From Octopus bimaculoides (Eukaryota): a stretch of DNA of 63,416 bases. The DNA lies in contig NC_068982.1 in the NCBI RefSeq assembly GCF_001194135.2, positions 48,900,340 to 48,963,755 on the forward strand, in the 5' to 3' direction. The first letter of the stretch is position 1, and each line of letters begins with the position of its first letter. The translations under genes and the position numbers were made by a program. This document shows, in pieces, positions 36,752 through 51,333 of the stretch. The notes beneath the pieces were generated by a model. That model saw only the letters and a list, made by a program, of their open reading frames with translations. It had not been told where the DNA came from and searched no databases.

Positions 36752-37635
36752 NNNNNNNNNNNNNNNNNNNNNNNNNNNNNNNNNNNNNNNNNNNNNNNNN
36801 NNNNNNNNNNNNNNNNNNNNNNNNNNNNNNNNNNNNNNNNNNNNNNNNNNNNNNNNNNNNNNNNNNNNNNNNNNNNNNNNNNNNNNNNNNNNNNNNNNNN
36901 NNNNNNNNNNNNNNNNNNNNNNNNNNNNNNNNNNNNNNNNNNNNNNNNNNNNNNNNNNNNNNNNNNNNNNNNNNNNNNNNNNNNNNNNNNNNNNNNNNNN
37001 NNNNNNNNNNNNNNNNNNNNNNNNNNNNNNNNNNNNNNNNNNNNNNNNNNNNNNNNNNNNNNNNNNGAAGCAATTCTTCTTCTTGTAATTGTTGCTCCAT
37101 TCTCCACATAAATATAATTATAAATTACGGTTTAAACAATAAATTACCTGCCTCTGGATGCCCTCTAACCAAGACGGTACCCACACAGGTGATTCCCAGG
37201 AGTGCCTCCGGATTTAAACATCCCCTGGTTGCTTGGATGCTTCAGACTACCCCTGAAGGATTGAGGCAAGCTTATCATTTACCTATATATATATATATAT
37301 ATATATAACTTTTGAATTTGTTTATGGTAATATTTTGAATATGCAAATAAAGTTTTTATTCCATTATGCCAGCCATTGCCTAATGATACTGACTATTGAG
37401 CCTGTCTTTCGGAGTTGCATCGAGTTATATCGATATAATATAAGATAAATATAATAATAATAACAATAATCTTAGGATGCATTAAATGCTTATAAATTCC
37501 ATCCTAGGATTGTTGTTATCTTTGTATATATGTATATAATGAACTGTTCCGTGATAGAAAATTCAACAAACTAAAGTACTCCATCTGGTGAGAGATAAAT
37601 ATTATTTATTTAAAGCACACAATGCATGTCTTTAA

Positions 37636-37690
37636 ATGCTACTAATAGTTTCATATGTTGAGAAATATCTCAAACATATCCTTCAGACAC
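37636..37690 (-). ncRNA. Hammerhead-like motif in a Penelope-type terminal remnant
   Basis: gtgt-CTGAAGG-ATATGtTTGAG-atattt-CTCAACATAT-GAAA-CTAtTAG-TA-gcat: helices I-III in the right order; core position 9 is G instead of A. Confidence 0.5.
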
Positions 37691-40274
37691 AAAACACATA
37701 TCATGACAAACTAAAAAATTTGAAGAAGAGAAGAAATGCAAAAAAAACTGAGAAGGCAGCAGATAGAAACTGTAGAAGGTGAAAAACAGAAAACAGAAAA
37801 CAAAAGCAGAAAACTAAAAAGTAAAAAGTAAAGAGGTAAGAGAGTTATCTTCCTTAGACCTTAAAATATTAGTCTGGAAATATATCAACAAGTTAATCAA
37901 GAATAGGTGGAATTTTCTAATTCTTCAAATATTTTATATCTGATATGGAGTTCTATTCTATTAACATAACAGCATTGCTGTGTGGATTTCTCGTCTACAG
38001 ATTGCCTAATGGATTTCATGCTTATCAACACCACTGGTAGATTTAACTTTTATAAGGGCGCGGTATAGTACCTTACTCGTATTCAAGATGACTAGGAAAG
38101 CCAATCGAGGATAATGGAAAATTGTTGTGTGAAAAAAGGTGTCATAAAGAGATTATGCTGGATGTTATACTTAATGTTTTACAAAGGTTTTTATGTAGGA
38201 TAAAAGCCCAGCCATATTGCAAAAACAGTGAAGCTGACATCTATATTGGAGACAATACATGACAAAAGTATCCCAAATACTCAAGCAACTACTCCATTAA
38301 CTGATTGGACGTTTTTTGTTTTTTTCATAGATCTTATGTGATGCTTAATAGGGAGTGACTTCTGAGTGTGTAGACTAAGGATCAGTCTGGATGTAACATG
38401 CTGATAAACATAGTGCTCAATCAAGTGAATAGGAAAAGTTCCTTCTTAAGTTTTCCTTAATGTATTTCTCTTCAAATGTAGTTATGTATACACACTGTAC
38501 TATATGTGTTCAATAATGTATGTTTTCATGCATAAAAGTGGCGATTTTTTTCTTTTCCTTTTTTTTTTTTTCTTAAAACTTTTACAGAAAAGAATTTCAA
38601 ATTTAGAATAGAAGTCAAAAGGTTTCACATTATAGAATTCCACTTCCTGATAAAGCTTTCAAGAGATTGCATCATTAAAACTATGAATTGGATAATATAT
38701 GGAAAAATTATATTGAATGATTTCTTAGATAGTTACAATGATTTCTTAGATAATTACAAAAGTAATGAAACAGCAGGAATATCATGCCATTCTTACATTT
38801 CCTTGCTTTAGTTGTTTCACTTTACATCACACTGGTATTGACACAAAGGAGAATATCTAAAATAAAGAACTTTAAGTTGGGTCATGAATTTAGTCTATAA
38901 GTGTTAATGATCTCTTAGAAAAAGTCTAAATCAAAATGACCCAGTGACAGAGTCTCTACATTGCCTTTCAGCCTGCAAAAGTAATTCATGAAACCACATT
39001 GCATCATCTTAAAAAAAAAAGGTGGGGGTGAATAATATAATTCAATAATCACTGAATGGGTAAAAAAATAAAATGGCTTAATCATCTCTGGAACACCTTC
39101 GATTACAGGTCTTCTTGATCAGGGCTAATTTGGAGCTAAGCAAAAACCAGAATATCAACAACATTTATGTAAAATACATGAACCTGAAAATAAACAAAAC
39201 AAGTTGTGTTTAATTCAACACAAAAATCATGTTCACCCTTTTGATACCATTTCACCAGAAACCATCCCCTGGTTCTATGATACAAATTTTATTTTTTTAA
39301 ACTGATCTAAATTAAAATCATCCATCAAAATTTCATGTTAATTTATGTTCCAAACACTAGCTTAATAATGACAAAATTATTTTACTAAATTCTTCATATT
39401 TTCAAAATTAATTGAAACAAAGGCAGAGTATTTCAATNNNNNNNNNNNNNNNNNNNNNNNNNNNNNNNNNNNNNNNNNNNNNNNNNNNNNNNNNNNNNNN
39501 NNNNNNNNNNNNNNNNNNNNNNNNNNNNNNNNNNNNNNNNNNNNNNNNNNNNNNNNNNNNNNNNNNNNNNNNNNNNNNNNNNNNNNNNNNNNNNNNNNNN
39601 NNNNNNNNNNNNNNNNNNNNNNNNNNNNNNNNNNNNNNNNNNNNNNNNNNNNNNNNNNNNNNNNNNNNNNNNNNNNNNNNNNNNNNNNNNNNNNNNNNNN
39701 NNNNNNNNNNNNNNNNNNNNNNNNNNNNNNNNNNNNNNNNNNNNNNNNNNNNNNNNNNNNNNNNNNNNNNNNNNNNNNNNNNNNNNNNNNNNNNNNNNNN
39801 NNNNNNNNNNNNNNNNNNNNNNNNNNNNNNNNNNNNNNNNNNNNNNNNNNNNNNNNNNNNNNNNNNNNNNNNNNNNNNNNNNNNNNNNNNNNNNNNNNNN
39901 NNNNNNNNNNNNNNNNNNNNNNNNNNNNNNNNNNNNNNNNNNNNNNNNNNNNNNNNNNNNNNNNNNNNNNNNNNNNNNNNNNNNNNNNNNNNNNNNNNNN
40001 NNNNNNNNNNNNNNNNNNNNNNNNNNNNNNNNNNNNNNNNNNNNNNNNNNNNNNNNNNNNNNNNNNNNNNNNNNNNNNNNNNNNNNNNNNNNNNNNNNNN
40101 NNNNNNNNNNNNNNNNNNNNNNNNNNNNNNNNNNNNNNNNNNNNNNNNNNNNNNNNNNNNNNNNNNNNNNNNNNNNNNNNNNNNNNNNNNNNNNNNNNNN
40201 NNNNNNNNNNNNNNNNNNNNNNNNNNNNNNNNNNNNNNNNNNNNNNNNNNNNNNNNNNNNNNNNNNNNNATATA

Positions 40275-40443
40275 TATATATATACGACGGGCAGTATCCG
40301 TCGACCAAATCCACTCACAAGACTTTGGTTGGCCCAAGGCTATAGTAGAAGACACTTGCTGAAGGTGCCCCGCAGTGGGATTGAACCCAGAACCATGTGG
40401 TTGGTGATCAAGCTACTTACCACACAGCCACTCCTGCACCTAT
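40275..40443 (-). mobile_element. SINE family A 5' half
   Basis: Reverse complement of the family A head and body. Confidence 0.85.
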
Positions 40444-41811
40444 AGAAACAAAATGGGTTAATCTTGAGACAGATTAAGGAACTCTAAATGGGAATCAACA
40501 CACATTGGTGAGTATGGTGACAAGCTATTCCAACATTATAAAAAAAAAAATGGTCTCTTCCTTTGTATATACTGGATATTTCTCATTTTATGTATTGTGA
40601 ATATTTTTTTTAATGACTATGTTCTTCAAGAGATAATTACTGTTTTTAATGTGACATGTTCAGTTGATTTGAACTTAATATCAAACTAATATTTCCCTTT
40701 CTAAATTAAATTAGCTGAATATTGTTAATAAAAGTCCAGTCATCCTGGATTAATCCTTTTGAATTTAATTTCACAAGATTACTTTAAACATTTGTAGAGA
40801 GTGACACACACACACACGCACGCACGCATGCACGCACGCACGCATGCATGCACGCACGCACGCACACAAAATAAATAAATAAATAAATAAAATAGAGCAA
40901 ATAATAATAATAATAATAGTAATAATAATAATAATAGTCACCATCATCATAAGGTAAAAATAAGTAAACTAAGGAGAATGTAAAAAATTTAATTCACACA
41001 TGAGATGAAAGGTAGTTGTTAATTGTCTTGTTAGAATTTTCTTCTATGATATATGCCTGAATAGAAATCTTCAAAGCAGTGTATTTTGTTAAAATACTTC
41101 AATTTGATATTTTTTTTAAAATTAATGAAAGAAACAGAACAATGCATAGGAATTATTCTAGAAATGTATTTGTTTTCATGGAGCCAGATCCAGGGATTTT
41201 GAATTTAAATTTTGTTTTATTTTATTATGCTTATTATATTTTATTTTGATCACTTCGTCTTCCAATATATCTCTGATAACTACTGCTTATATTTTACCAC
41301 AAATCTGTTTATCTTTCGTTTAAATTAACATGTTCATATATATGAACTATTTCTCATTGTATGTTTTTTTATTAACATTTGAACATGGTGCATGTAACTT
41401 CATTGCTTGATTAATGATCTATCTTCTTTTTTAATTACACTGGTTTGCATTTTGGAGATAAGGAAAACCCCACATGATTCATTATAGATAGTAATCTTTT
41501 ACATTATTTTCATTTGATGTAATCGTGTGTGTGTGTGTGTGTGTGTGTATGTTAGACATTTTTATTATTACTGAGTAGCAAACGGCAGCAAGCTGGCAGA
41601 ATCGTTAGCATGCTGGGCATAATGCTTATTGGCATTTCATCCATCTGTATGTTCTGAGTTCAAATTCTGCCATGGTCAATTTTGCCTGTCGTCCTTTCAG
41701 GGTTGATAAAATAAGTACCAGCTGAGCACAGGGGTCAATGTAACTGGCTTATCCACTCCTCATGAATTTCAGGCCTTGCACCTACAGTAGAAAGGATAAT
41801 CACTGAACTGT

Positions 41812-42440
41812 AAGAAGTTAGCTTCCCAACCACATGCTTGTGAGTTCACTCCCACTCGGTGGTGCCTTGGCCAGGTATCTTTTACTATAATCCCAGACTG
41901 CCCAAAGCCTTGTGAGTGGATTTGGTTGGCAAAAATTGAAAGAAGCTTGTCATGTGTGTGCATGTGTGCATATGTGTATGCATGTGCATATATGTGTGAG
42001 TATGTGTATGCTTGTGTATGTTTGTGTCTCCCTGTCCTGGCATCACATGATAGTTGCAAAATGATTGTCATTGTCATACAATGTTTCTAATATTCTGCAA
42101 AATGCTTAGCAGTATTTCGTCAATGCTTATGTTCTGAGTTCAAATTTCACCAATGTCAACTTTGCCTTTCATCTCTTTCAGGGTCAATAAAATAAGTACC
42201 AGTTGAGCACTGGAAATCAATCAATGTAAGTGAGTTACCCCTTCCCTCAAAATTGCTGACCATGTGCCAAAATTTCAAACCAGTTATTCTGCAACAACAT
42301 GATTGACCATGGGGAAACATCACCTTGCATAGAAATAGATGAGGGCTGCTGACAAGGATCTCCGGTTGTTGGACATTTGCCTCAATAAACTCCTTCAAGC
42401 CCATATAAGTATTGGGAAACTGGACATTAAAATAATGGTG
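41812..42440 (+). mobile_element. SINE with family A head and RTE-like tail, interrupted by a family B SINE (about 42090-42290)
   Basis: After the head and (TG)n the sequence continues catcacatgatagttg..gtcattgtcatacaa and later ...ggacattaaaataatggtga; the same architecture occurs at 48440-48910. Confidence 0.65.
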
Positions 42441-43138
42441 AAGGATTTTTTTCAGTTTTTACAGTTGCCTTAATCATGGAATTCTTATTTCAAGCTCCAA
42501 ATATAATAAAAATTTACTAATGGTCTTAATATTTCTCTTGTTTTTCACGTGTCTTAGTATTTCTCTTGTATTTGCATAATATCATTACTTTGGACTTCAC
42601 TGTAGTAACCTTAGCTTTGAGGAAAAGAATCAAAATGAGAAAATATAAGATATATTTTAGCAAACTTTCTCCATTGTTCAATTTAATAAAAGCTATCATA
42701 ATTTCAACAAGCATTTTGTAATGCGTGGGCATTGACGTTTCCAAGAATCTTTTAAATTAGAGATTTATATTCTGCCCAATCTTCTAATTTAAATTCAAAC
42801 ACAGTGTTTGCAGAAATGACATTTTTCATTGGTTCTTTAATTTGTGGCTCACTAAAAATATCAGATTTTAATTTTACATTATATATAGGTGGAGACTTAT
42901 TACAAAGGCCTTTAAATACTCTAACTCTATTACTGTTATAGACATTTTAACATAACATTCAAAATTTATGAGCTGTAGTAGTGGTTTGGAAACTTTTCTT
43001 GAGTTAAGCACACACACACTAATAAAATAATAGGATGTGAGTCTGATAATTTTTTATATAAATTGCATATTATCTCATATATATCGTAAAAAAAATGCAT
43101 GAACACATACAGTAACACACATAAAGCACACACATATA

Positions 43139-43330
43139 CGAGGGGCTGCTAAAAAGTTCCTGGCTTTGGGAAAAAGAAAATACAGGAGGATCCGTTAATT
43201 ATGATTTTATTCAACATATTCCCCTCTCAGATTCACACACATACTACAGCAGTCCTTCAATTTTTCTAAGCCCTGTAAAAGACCTTGGAAGGTTGGGCCT
43301 CCAATCAGGCCTTTCACAATATCTAAAAAA
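43139..43330 (+). mobile_element. Tc1/mariner-type MITE, right end lost
   Basis: TA|CGAGGGGCTGCTAAAAAGTTCCTGGCTTT start; same family as 57190-57407. Confidence 0.75.
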
Positions 43331-43690
43331 CTCAGATCTTTTCAAGACTTTAGTTTTACAATTTATACAACTTGATGCCAGCACAAACTAGTCTGCTCTG
43401 GTTCCATTTTTGCTGATGCTCTAACAAGGATTTGGAGAAGTTTGTTGTATTTGACTTGAGTTGACAATTCTCATACAGTGCAATGGTTCTAAACAAGACA
43501 AGAAAATTGGCATTTATTTATAAAAAAAATGAATTTCTGTTCAACAAAAATCTCGATGTGAGAAAAACCTCTGAGGGCATTTTTGAACACAGCACCATCA
43601 AATTAGGTGTGACTAATTGTAAAATGCAAGACAACTAAAAGTTTCTCTGAAATGTGTATATATAAATGTATATGTGTGTGTGTATGTATG

Positions 43691-43728
<38 letters not shown>

Positions 43729-43804
43729 AGCACAAGCATATCTGCATACATACATATGCATATATATATAGATATGTATGTGTGTATGTATGCATGCATG
43801 TATG

Positions 43805-43837
<33 letters not shown>

Positions 43838-43848
43838 CTATATATATA

Positions 43849-44456
43849 TAGGGTGTGGTGAATAAATTGTCGAAACTATGCAAAAATGAAAATAACACTG
43901 GCAAATCATTTTAACAGACATATTTACCAAAATTACATAAAAATATCTTAAAATACTAAAGAGTAAATTTACTTAATAAAATCGTCATTGGCTTCATCCA
44001 CGGCCTCCAAATGACTTCAGAATCTCCTGCAACTCTTCTGGACGGTTTCCTTGTTTAAGTTGGTGAATGCTGCCATAATCCTTGCTTTCAGTTCATCTTT
44101 AGTGTTACAAGGAGTTTTGTTGGTCTCTTGCTCAACTGTGTCCCACACATAATAGTCATGTGGGTTGCAGCCTAGGGAGTTAGGTGGCCAGATGTTAGGG
44201 GTGATGTGGTCACAGAAATTGTCTGACAACCATCACTGGGTTCTCCTACTTGTGTGGCATGGGACAGAGACCTGTTGCCACACATAGGGTCTTCCAGCAG
44301 CCACCCTCTTGATCCAAGGCAGCACTGCCTCCTCCAGGCACTTGATGTAGGTCTCTGTGTTGTGTGTGAGGCCGTGTGGGAAGATGAATCTAGGCCTAGC
44401 GTTGCTTGTGTGGAATTAAAAATATAAAATAGCGACAATTTACCCATCACACTCTG
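43849..44456 (-). mobile_element. Deleted DD37D/maT-like Tc1/mariner element
   Basis: 24 bp TIRs (tagggtgtggtgaataaattgtcg / cgacaatttacccatcacactctg, 5 mismatches) flanked by TA; minus-strand IWPPNSLGCNPHDYYVWDTVEQETNK. Confidence 0.85.
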
Positions 44457-44467
44457 TATATGTACAT

Positions 44468-44553
<86 letters not shown>

Positions 44554-47500
44554 ATCATCATCATCATCATTCAACATCTGTATGTATGCATATATATATA
44601 TACACGTACACACGTACATACCTATCTCTCTCTCTCTCTCTATATATATATATACACACACACACATAGATACATGTATGCATGCATGTATGTATGTATG
44701 TATGTATGTATAGGAAACCTTAACATAATTATAGAATGATCGGTAAATAGGATGCCTTAAATCAGCATGCTTGAAATTACTGAAATATATTCAATTATGT
44801 TCAATAGAAATAAAATTTGATGTAGACACATGTTTTTAAACTGTAAATTAAAATTGCTACCTATATTTCAGCTACACAGACCTACACAATCAATGTCATA
44901 GAGCTGTAAACAACAAGAACAAGAAAAAAAATGTTGTAATAAATTAAGCAATGTCTTTGATAACCAAATAACTTTTCAAGTGAAGAAATTTTATGTAAAT
45001 AATTACCTAATTTATTTTTGATTGTTGATGAATTATTTTATTTTTGTTTGATTCAATAATGACTAAAACAGCTGCATAGAGATATTAATTAAAAGGATAT
45101 CAAATTAACATATTTATCACATTTATCCCCTGCTTTATTGAATTCAGTGTTTCTCTGCAAGAAATGGTTCTACTTATGAGTAAATAGAGAAAATATTTCA
45201 ACAGCTTTAACCGTTGAGTCTCAGAAAATATAACAAATATAAAAAAATATATAAGAATAAATGTGTGTCAGTAACAACAACTCTAAACATATGTTATCAA
45301 AGCACTAAAACGCTGTAACATCAGGCTAAGTTCTCATTAGAAAAATCATTTAAAAACTTCCAATAATCTTCAGCTACTGTGCTGGCTAAGAGTAATGACT
45401 TCAAATCCACTTCAAATCAGACTAATCTTTATATTTGACAAAACACTTAATTGTAAATTATGTTATTTCCCCAAGCTCAAAGGTGGCAAGCTGGAAAAAT
45501 TGTTAGCACATCAGACAAGATTTGTAGCAGCAGTTTATCCATCTTAACATTTTGACCTCAAGTTCCACCAAGGTTAACTTTGTCTTTCATCCGTTTGGGG
45601 TCAATGATATAAATATCAGTTGACCACTGGACTCAATGTAATCAGATACTCCCTGCTCGCCACCCACCAAATTTCAGACTTTGCCTAGAGTAGGAATGAT
45701 TATTTTATCAAGCTCAAAGGTGATGAGCTGGTAGAATTGTTCACACATTGGACAAACTGCTTAGCAGCATTTCTGATAACTCTGTATGTTCTGGATTCAA
45801 ATCCTGCCCAAATCAGCCTTTTCGAGTTGATGAAATAAAGTAGTACTCAAGTACTGCGGTCAATATAGTCAACTTGCCCCTCTCCTCAGTATTGCTGTCT
45901 TTGTGCCAGAATTAGAAAGAACTATTTTATCAAACTCTGCCAAATAGATTCTGTGTTGATTCTGAAATGTAACCTGTGATTAATTTGAGTTCTATCCAGA
46001 GATTTGTTTTTCAGTCACCCACCTCCAAGGTATTTCGGATTGGTGCCACCACTATAAATCCATGGGATTCATAAAAAGCATTAATTAACTAAATCAGTGT
46101 AGTTATTAACTTCTGGTTACAAAAACAAAGGAAGAAAAAAACCCATGTGCTTAAATCATTGGAGGCAATAACATTTACAAGAAAATAGAGTGAAGCAAGA
46201 AATGCGGTAATCAAATATAATTACTTGAATCTGATAAGAAGACAATAAGCAAAAATGTGTATTTATTCAGCAAAAAAGAAAAGCTAAATATAACAAAAGC
46301 CAAACATGGTGAAAGCAAAATATTTTGTGTTATTTTTATTAACATAACTCAATTTTGAAATTTTACTGGAGCAATAAGTCATATTTAAGAGTACAACATA
46401 GTGTCTAAAATTAAACATTTAGCTACCACATCCAAAATGTTCTGAAATGATAATAGAGTATGAGAAAAGCAGTGATAAGATGATAAAATATGTGAGATAT
46501 GAGGTGATAAAGATTGAACTAAAGGGTATGAGTTTTGCAGTATTTAAGCTTTTGGGATTTGTGGAATAACATAAACTAAGATAAGTAAAATATTAGGTTT
46601 ATATATTTTATAGAACAAAATTATCAGGAAATTCTGAAAATTATTGAATAAGAACTACATTGAGTAATGCTTTAATTTGACTGCACTTTTGTGCATCTGA
46701 AATATCTATCTCTCTCTCTCACTGAACCACTTCCAGCTGACTTGCCTCTACCAACATATATTTCTTACTCTCACCACACCTTAAACCTTTCTCTTCTCAG
46801 ATACTCATGTTGTATATCACCTGCACACCATCTCCTTGTCCTTCATCATTCTCCTATCTACTATGCCTGGAAAAATGCTTAGCAGCATTTATTCTGGCCT
46901 TATATTCTGAGTTCAAATGCCAGTGAGTTTGACTTTGCCTTTCATCCTATCAGCATTCTTAAAATAAAATACCAGTTGAGTACTGGAGTTGATGTAATTG
47001 GCTAACTCATTCTCCAAGATTTCAGACCTTGTGTTTATTGTAGAAGGGATGTTTGGTATTATTATTACTCTGCTGCTGCTCATTACTTTCTGTACTGCCA
47101 GCCATTACCTACTCTCCCTTACCTCCTTCCAACTCATACTTATCATCAACCCTTCCACTCTTTCTCAGTATTCATTATATTCTCCTCTACCTCTACTTAT
47201 TCTCTAAGCATCCCTCACTCTCCCTATACCCACCCTTCCCATTCTTTTGTTTCCTCTCACTTCTATTCACCTTCTTAAGTCTTGAAGGCTCACTCTGACA
47301 CTCTGTTACCTCCATTCTTATTTCTTTTCTGCTCCACCCTGATTATTCCCACCATTATTATATAATGCAAACAACAAGAAAGCTGTTCCAGCTTCTATCA
47401 TACTTTGAACTCACTTCACCTAACTTAGAGCTACTTTTCTCTCTACTGTAGTTCCTATTCAGTTAAAGGGGATCTTAGTTTTGTGAGTGACAGGCAACTC

Positions 47501-48645
47501 ACTAGAAAAACGCATTCTGTACACTCTATAAAGTGGTTAGCATTAGACAGAGCATCAAGCCATACTAAATCAAACACTGGAGCATGATAGTTCTCTGATC
47601 TGTTGGATTCTTTCGAATCATCTTACCATACCAGCTTGGAAGACAAACATTAAAAGATAATGATGATGATGATGATGATTTGAGCAAACTTCTGAAAAAT
47701 TATGGAAGCATAAATTCATTAAAGAAAGAAGCTGACTAAATTCATTATAAACAAAGAATATTACACAAAGTTACTAAAGCAAAACAAAATATAAAAATAT
47801 GAAATTGTATTTGAAAGAAACAGAACAATCTGAAAACCTGTAATCTAGAGATCTGTAATCGTAAATTATAATTTTAATGCTTAGAACTTGTAATATAAAG
47901 TATGGCAGACTTTTTCTGATTTAAATTTCATATAACTTCTGTATTAAACAGTTGATGTTCTTTTGTATTTTATTTTGTCTTGAGAATTGTATCCTCCTAT
48001 TGCTTCATATATCAAGTGATTTTTATCCCATGGTTTTAACATTTAACATCTAATGTATCAAAAGTCAGTATGTAAATATATAATTCTGAATGGTATAAAA
48101 ACAAGTTAGAAAAACTTAATGCTTTACTACATATAAATAACATATCTTTATTTTCATAAAATACATGAATCCAAACTAAATCATATGCACCACATGTAGC
48201 AGTGTTTATGCATACTCACACAAAGGGAAAAAAAACACATGGAGATAAATGTCTTCATGTTGCATGAATTTTAGTATGTCTATTTGGTTCATATATTTTA
48301 TTCTGGTCTGCTTCCAAAAGAATGTATATTTATTGTGGTTATTTAAGAATATCTGGCATTAATTTTGCAGGATTACTGTCCATTGATTAGTGTTTATTGT
48401 TGCTTTCATATAATCTCACTCTCTCAAAGAGTAGAATAACTGAAGTCACAAAGAGCTGTAATTTTGGGTTCCATCCTAATGTATGGCAATATGGATGTGT
48501 CCTTTACAGTGTACCCATGCCGACCAAAGCCTTGCAAGTAGATGTGGTAAAGAGAAACTGAAAGAAGCCTATCACATATATATATGTATGTATATATGCA
48601 TACATAGACCAACATATCTATACATATATGTTTGTTTATGCATAT

Positions 48646-48680
<35 letters not shown>

Positions 48681-49168
48681 TACCTTCATGTCTTGACATC
48701 ATGCAACAGTTATAGATAAATGTCACTGTCATACAAGCAGTGTCTTTCAATTCCAATCTCCTGTGCAAGTATGTATGGCTATGGGAAAGTATTACTACTC
48801 CTCGAAACAAATGTGGTGTTGTGACAGGAGGAGCATCTGGTCACAGAAAATTTGCCTTCACAAGTTTTATCTGACTCATGCATGCATGGGAAAGTAAGTG
48901 GATATTACATGAGTATGATCATGCACACACACACACACACACACACTCACACACATGTATATGTATGTATGTATTACCTTACTTGGAGACAGATGAGAAT
49001 TGGTGACAGGAAGAGCATATGCCCATAGAAAATCTGCCTCAACAAACTGTCCAACCGGTGCAAGCATGGAAATGGAGACATTAAACTGATGATAATATGT
49101 GTGTGTGTGTGTGATAGATCGCTAGCTACTACACATTCTGTTTTTCTCTCCTTGTTTCTTTCTGTGTT

Positions 49169-49206
49169 TCTTTTTGTGGAAGAGCGTAGGCTCAAAACGT
49201 GAAAGA
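49169..49206 (+). ncRNA. Decayed copy of the U6-type hammerhead-like motif
   Basis: TCTTT-TTGTGGA-a-GAGC-gtag-GCTC-AAAA-CG-TG-AAAGA; same repeat family as 62899-62935. Confidence 0.45.
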
Positions 49207-50499
49207 CTTTTTCACTTCCCAAGCATTATACTAACACATCTGTTTGTTGTCTACACCACTTGTCTTTGTCTTTTGTTTTTTTTGTGAATTCTCCCTATAT
49301 ATATATATATATATATATATATGCATGTATGTATATATATGTATTATACACACACACACATATATACATATAGCGTTAAACAATGATGATGATGATGATA
49401 TATATACATATGCATGTGTATATATACATATGTGTGTATATATATGTGTGTGTGTATATATATGTGTGTGTATATATATATATATGTATATGTGTATGTA
49501 TATATATATATTTATATCTATCTACACACACACACACACACCCACACACACACACACACATGACGTATTAACAAGAGAAGACTAAAATGTTTTTAATAAT
49601 TCTATTGCCAGTGCCTTCGAAGCTGCACATTCTGAATTGTCAGAGTAATTTTGCTCAAATGAATATTTTCATATTTGCGTGCATGTGTATGCATATGTAT
49701 GCATGTTTATACATACATACATATTTAACTTTCTAGACATCTCAACGCTTCTAAAGCAAACTTTGTTTACTTTCATCGTAATTTAAATTTATACATACAT
49801 ATATACATACATGCATGCATGCATGCATACATTCATACATACATACATATATACATACATACATACATACATACATACATACATACATACATACATACAA
49901 GCATATAGTTCAAATTTGCAGAATATAAAGACAAAGACAGATGAAGGAACAACAAGCTGGTGTATCAGTTTGACTCTTGGGAAGAATGGCTAAGTCTTTG
50001 ATATTTTAAGCCTGTGCTCTTCAACAGAAAGTGCTGAGAGGGAAAAATGGAGAGAGAAATAAAAGAAACAAAAAGTGACAAAAATGTATATGTATTAACG
50101 GTCCAACATGTTAGCAATTTTACTATTCAGGTGTCAGCTCTTATTGGTAATTACATTAAGCTCCCATGGTTGTGTGATCCCTCAGGATTCTATGTGGTCT
50201 GAGGAGGACTATAATTTCATGCTTGTCTGGGGAAGTGTTCAGTCTTAATTATGCATGCTGTGCATATGAGATGCGTCTATGGATAGCATGTTTTAGTAAT
50301 TTGACTGTGGCCATGCTGGGGCACCACGTTGAAGGGTTTTTTGTTGAACAAACCAACTCTAAGTCTCATTGTTTTAAGCCTAGTACTTATTCTATAGGTC
50401 TCTGTTGCTGAACCACTAAGTCATGGTGATGTAAGCACACCAACACTGGTTGTCAAGCAGTGGTGGGGGACAAACACAAATACAAATACATGTACATAG

Positions 50500-50546
<47 letters not shown>

Positions 50547-51288
50547 NNNNNNNNNNNNNNNNNNNNNNNNNNNNNNNNNNNNNNNNNNNNNNNNNNNNNN
50601 NNNNNNNNNNNNNNNNNNNNNNNNNNNNNNNNNNNNNNNNNNNNNNNNNNNNNNNNNNNNNNNNNNNNNNNNNNNNNNNNNNNNNNNNNNNNNNNNNNNN
50701 NNNNNNNNNNNNNNNNNNNNNNNNNNNNNNNNNNNNNNNNNNNNNNNNNNNNNNNNNNNNNNNNNNNNNNNNNNNNNNNNNNNNNNNNNNNNNNNNNNNN
50801 NNNNNNNNNNNNNNNNNNNNNNNNNNNNNNNNNNNNNNNNNNNNNNNNNNNNNNNNNNNNNNNNNNNNNNNNNNNNNNNNNNNNNNNNNNNNNNNNNNNN
50901 NNNNNNNNNNNNNNNNNNNNNNNNNNNNNNNNNNNNNNNNNNNNNNNNNNNNNNNNNNNNNNNNNNNNNNNNNNNNNNNNNNNNNNNNNNNNNNNNNNNN
51001 NNNNNNNNNNNNNNNNNNNNNNNNNNNNNNNNNNNNNNNNNNNNNNNNNNNNNNNNNNNNNNNNNNNNNNNNNNNNNNNNNNNNNNNNNNNNNNNNNNNN
51101 NNNNNNNNNNNNNNNNNNNNNNNNNNNNNNNNNNNNNNNNNNNNNNNNNNNNNNNNNNNNNNNNNNNNNNNNNNNNNNNNNNNNNNNNNNNNNNNNNNNN
51201 NNNNNNNNNNNTATATATATATACATATATATATATATATACACACACACATGATACATATATATAAAATATAGAGAGAGAGACACAT

Positions 51289-51333
<45 letters not shown>

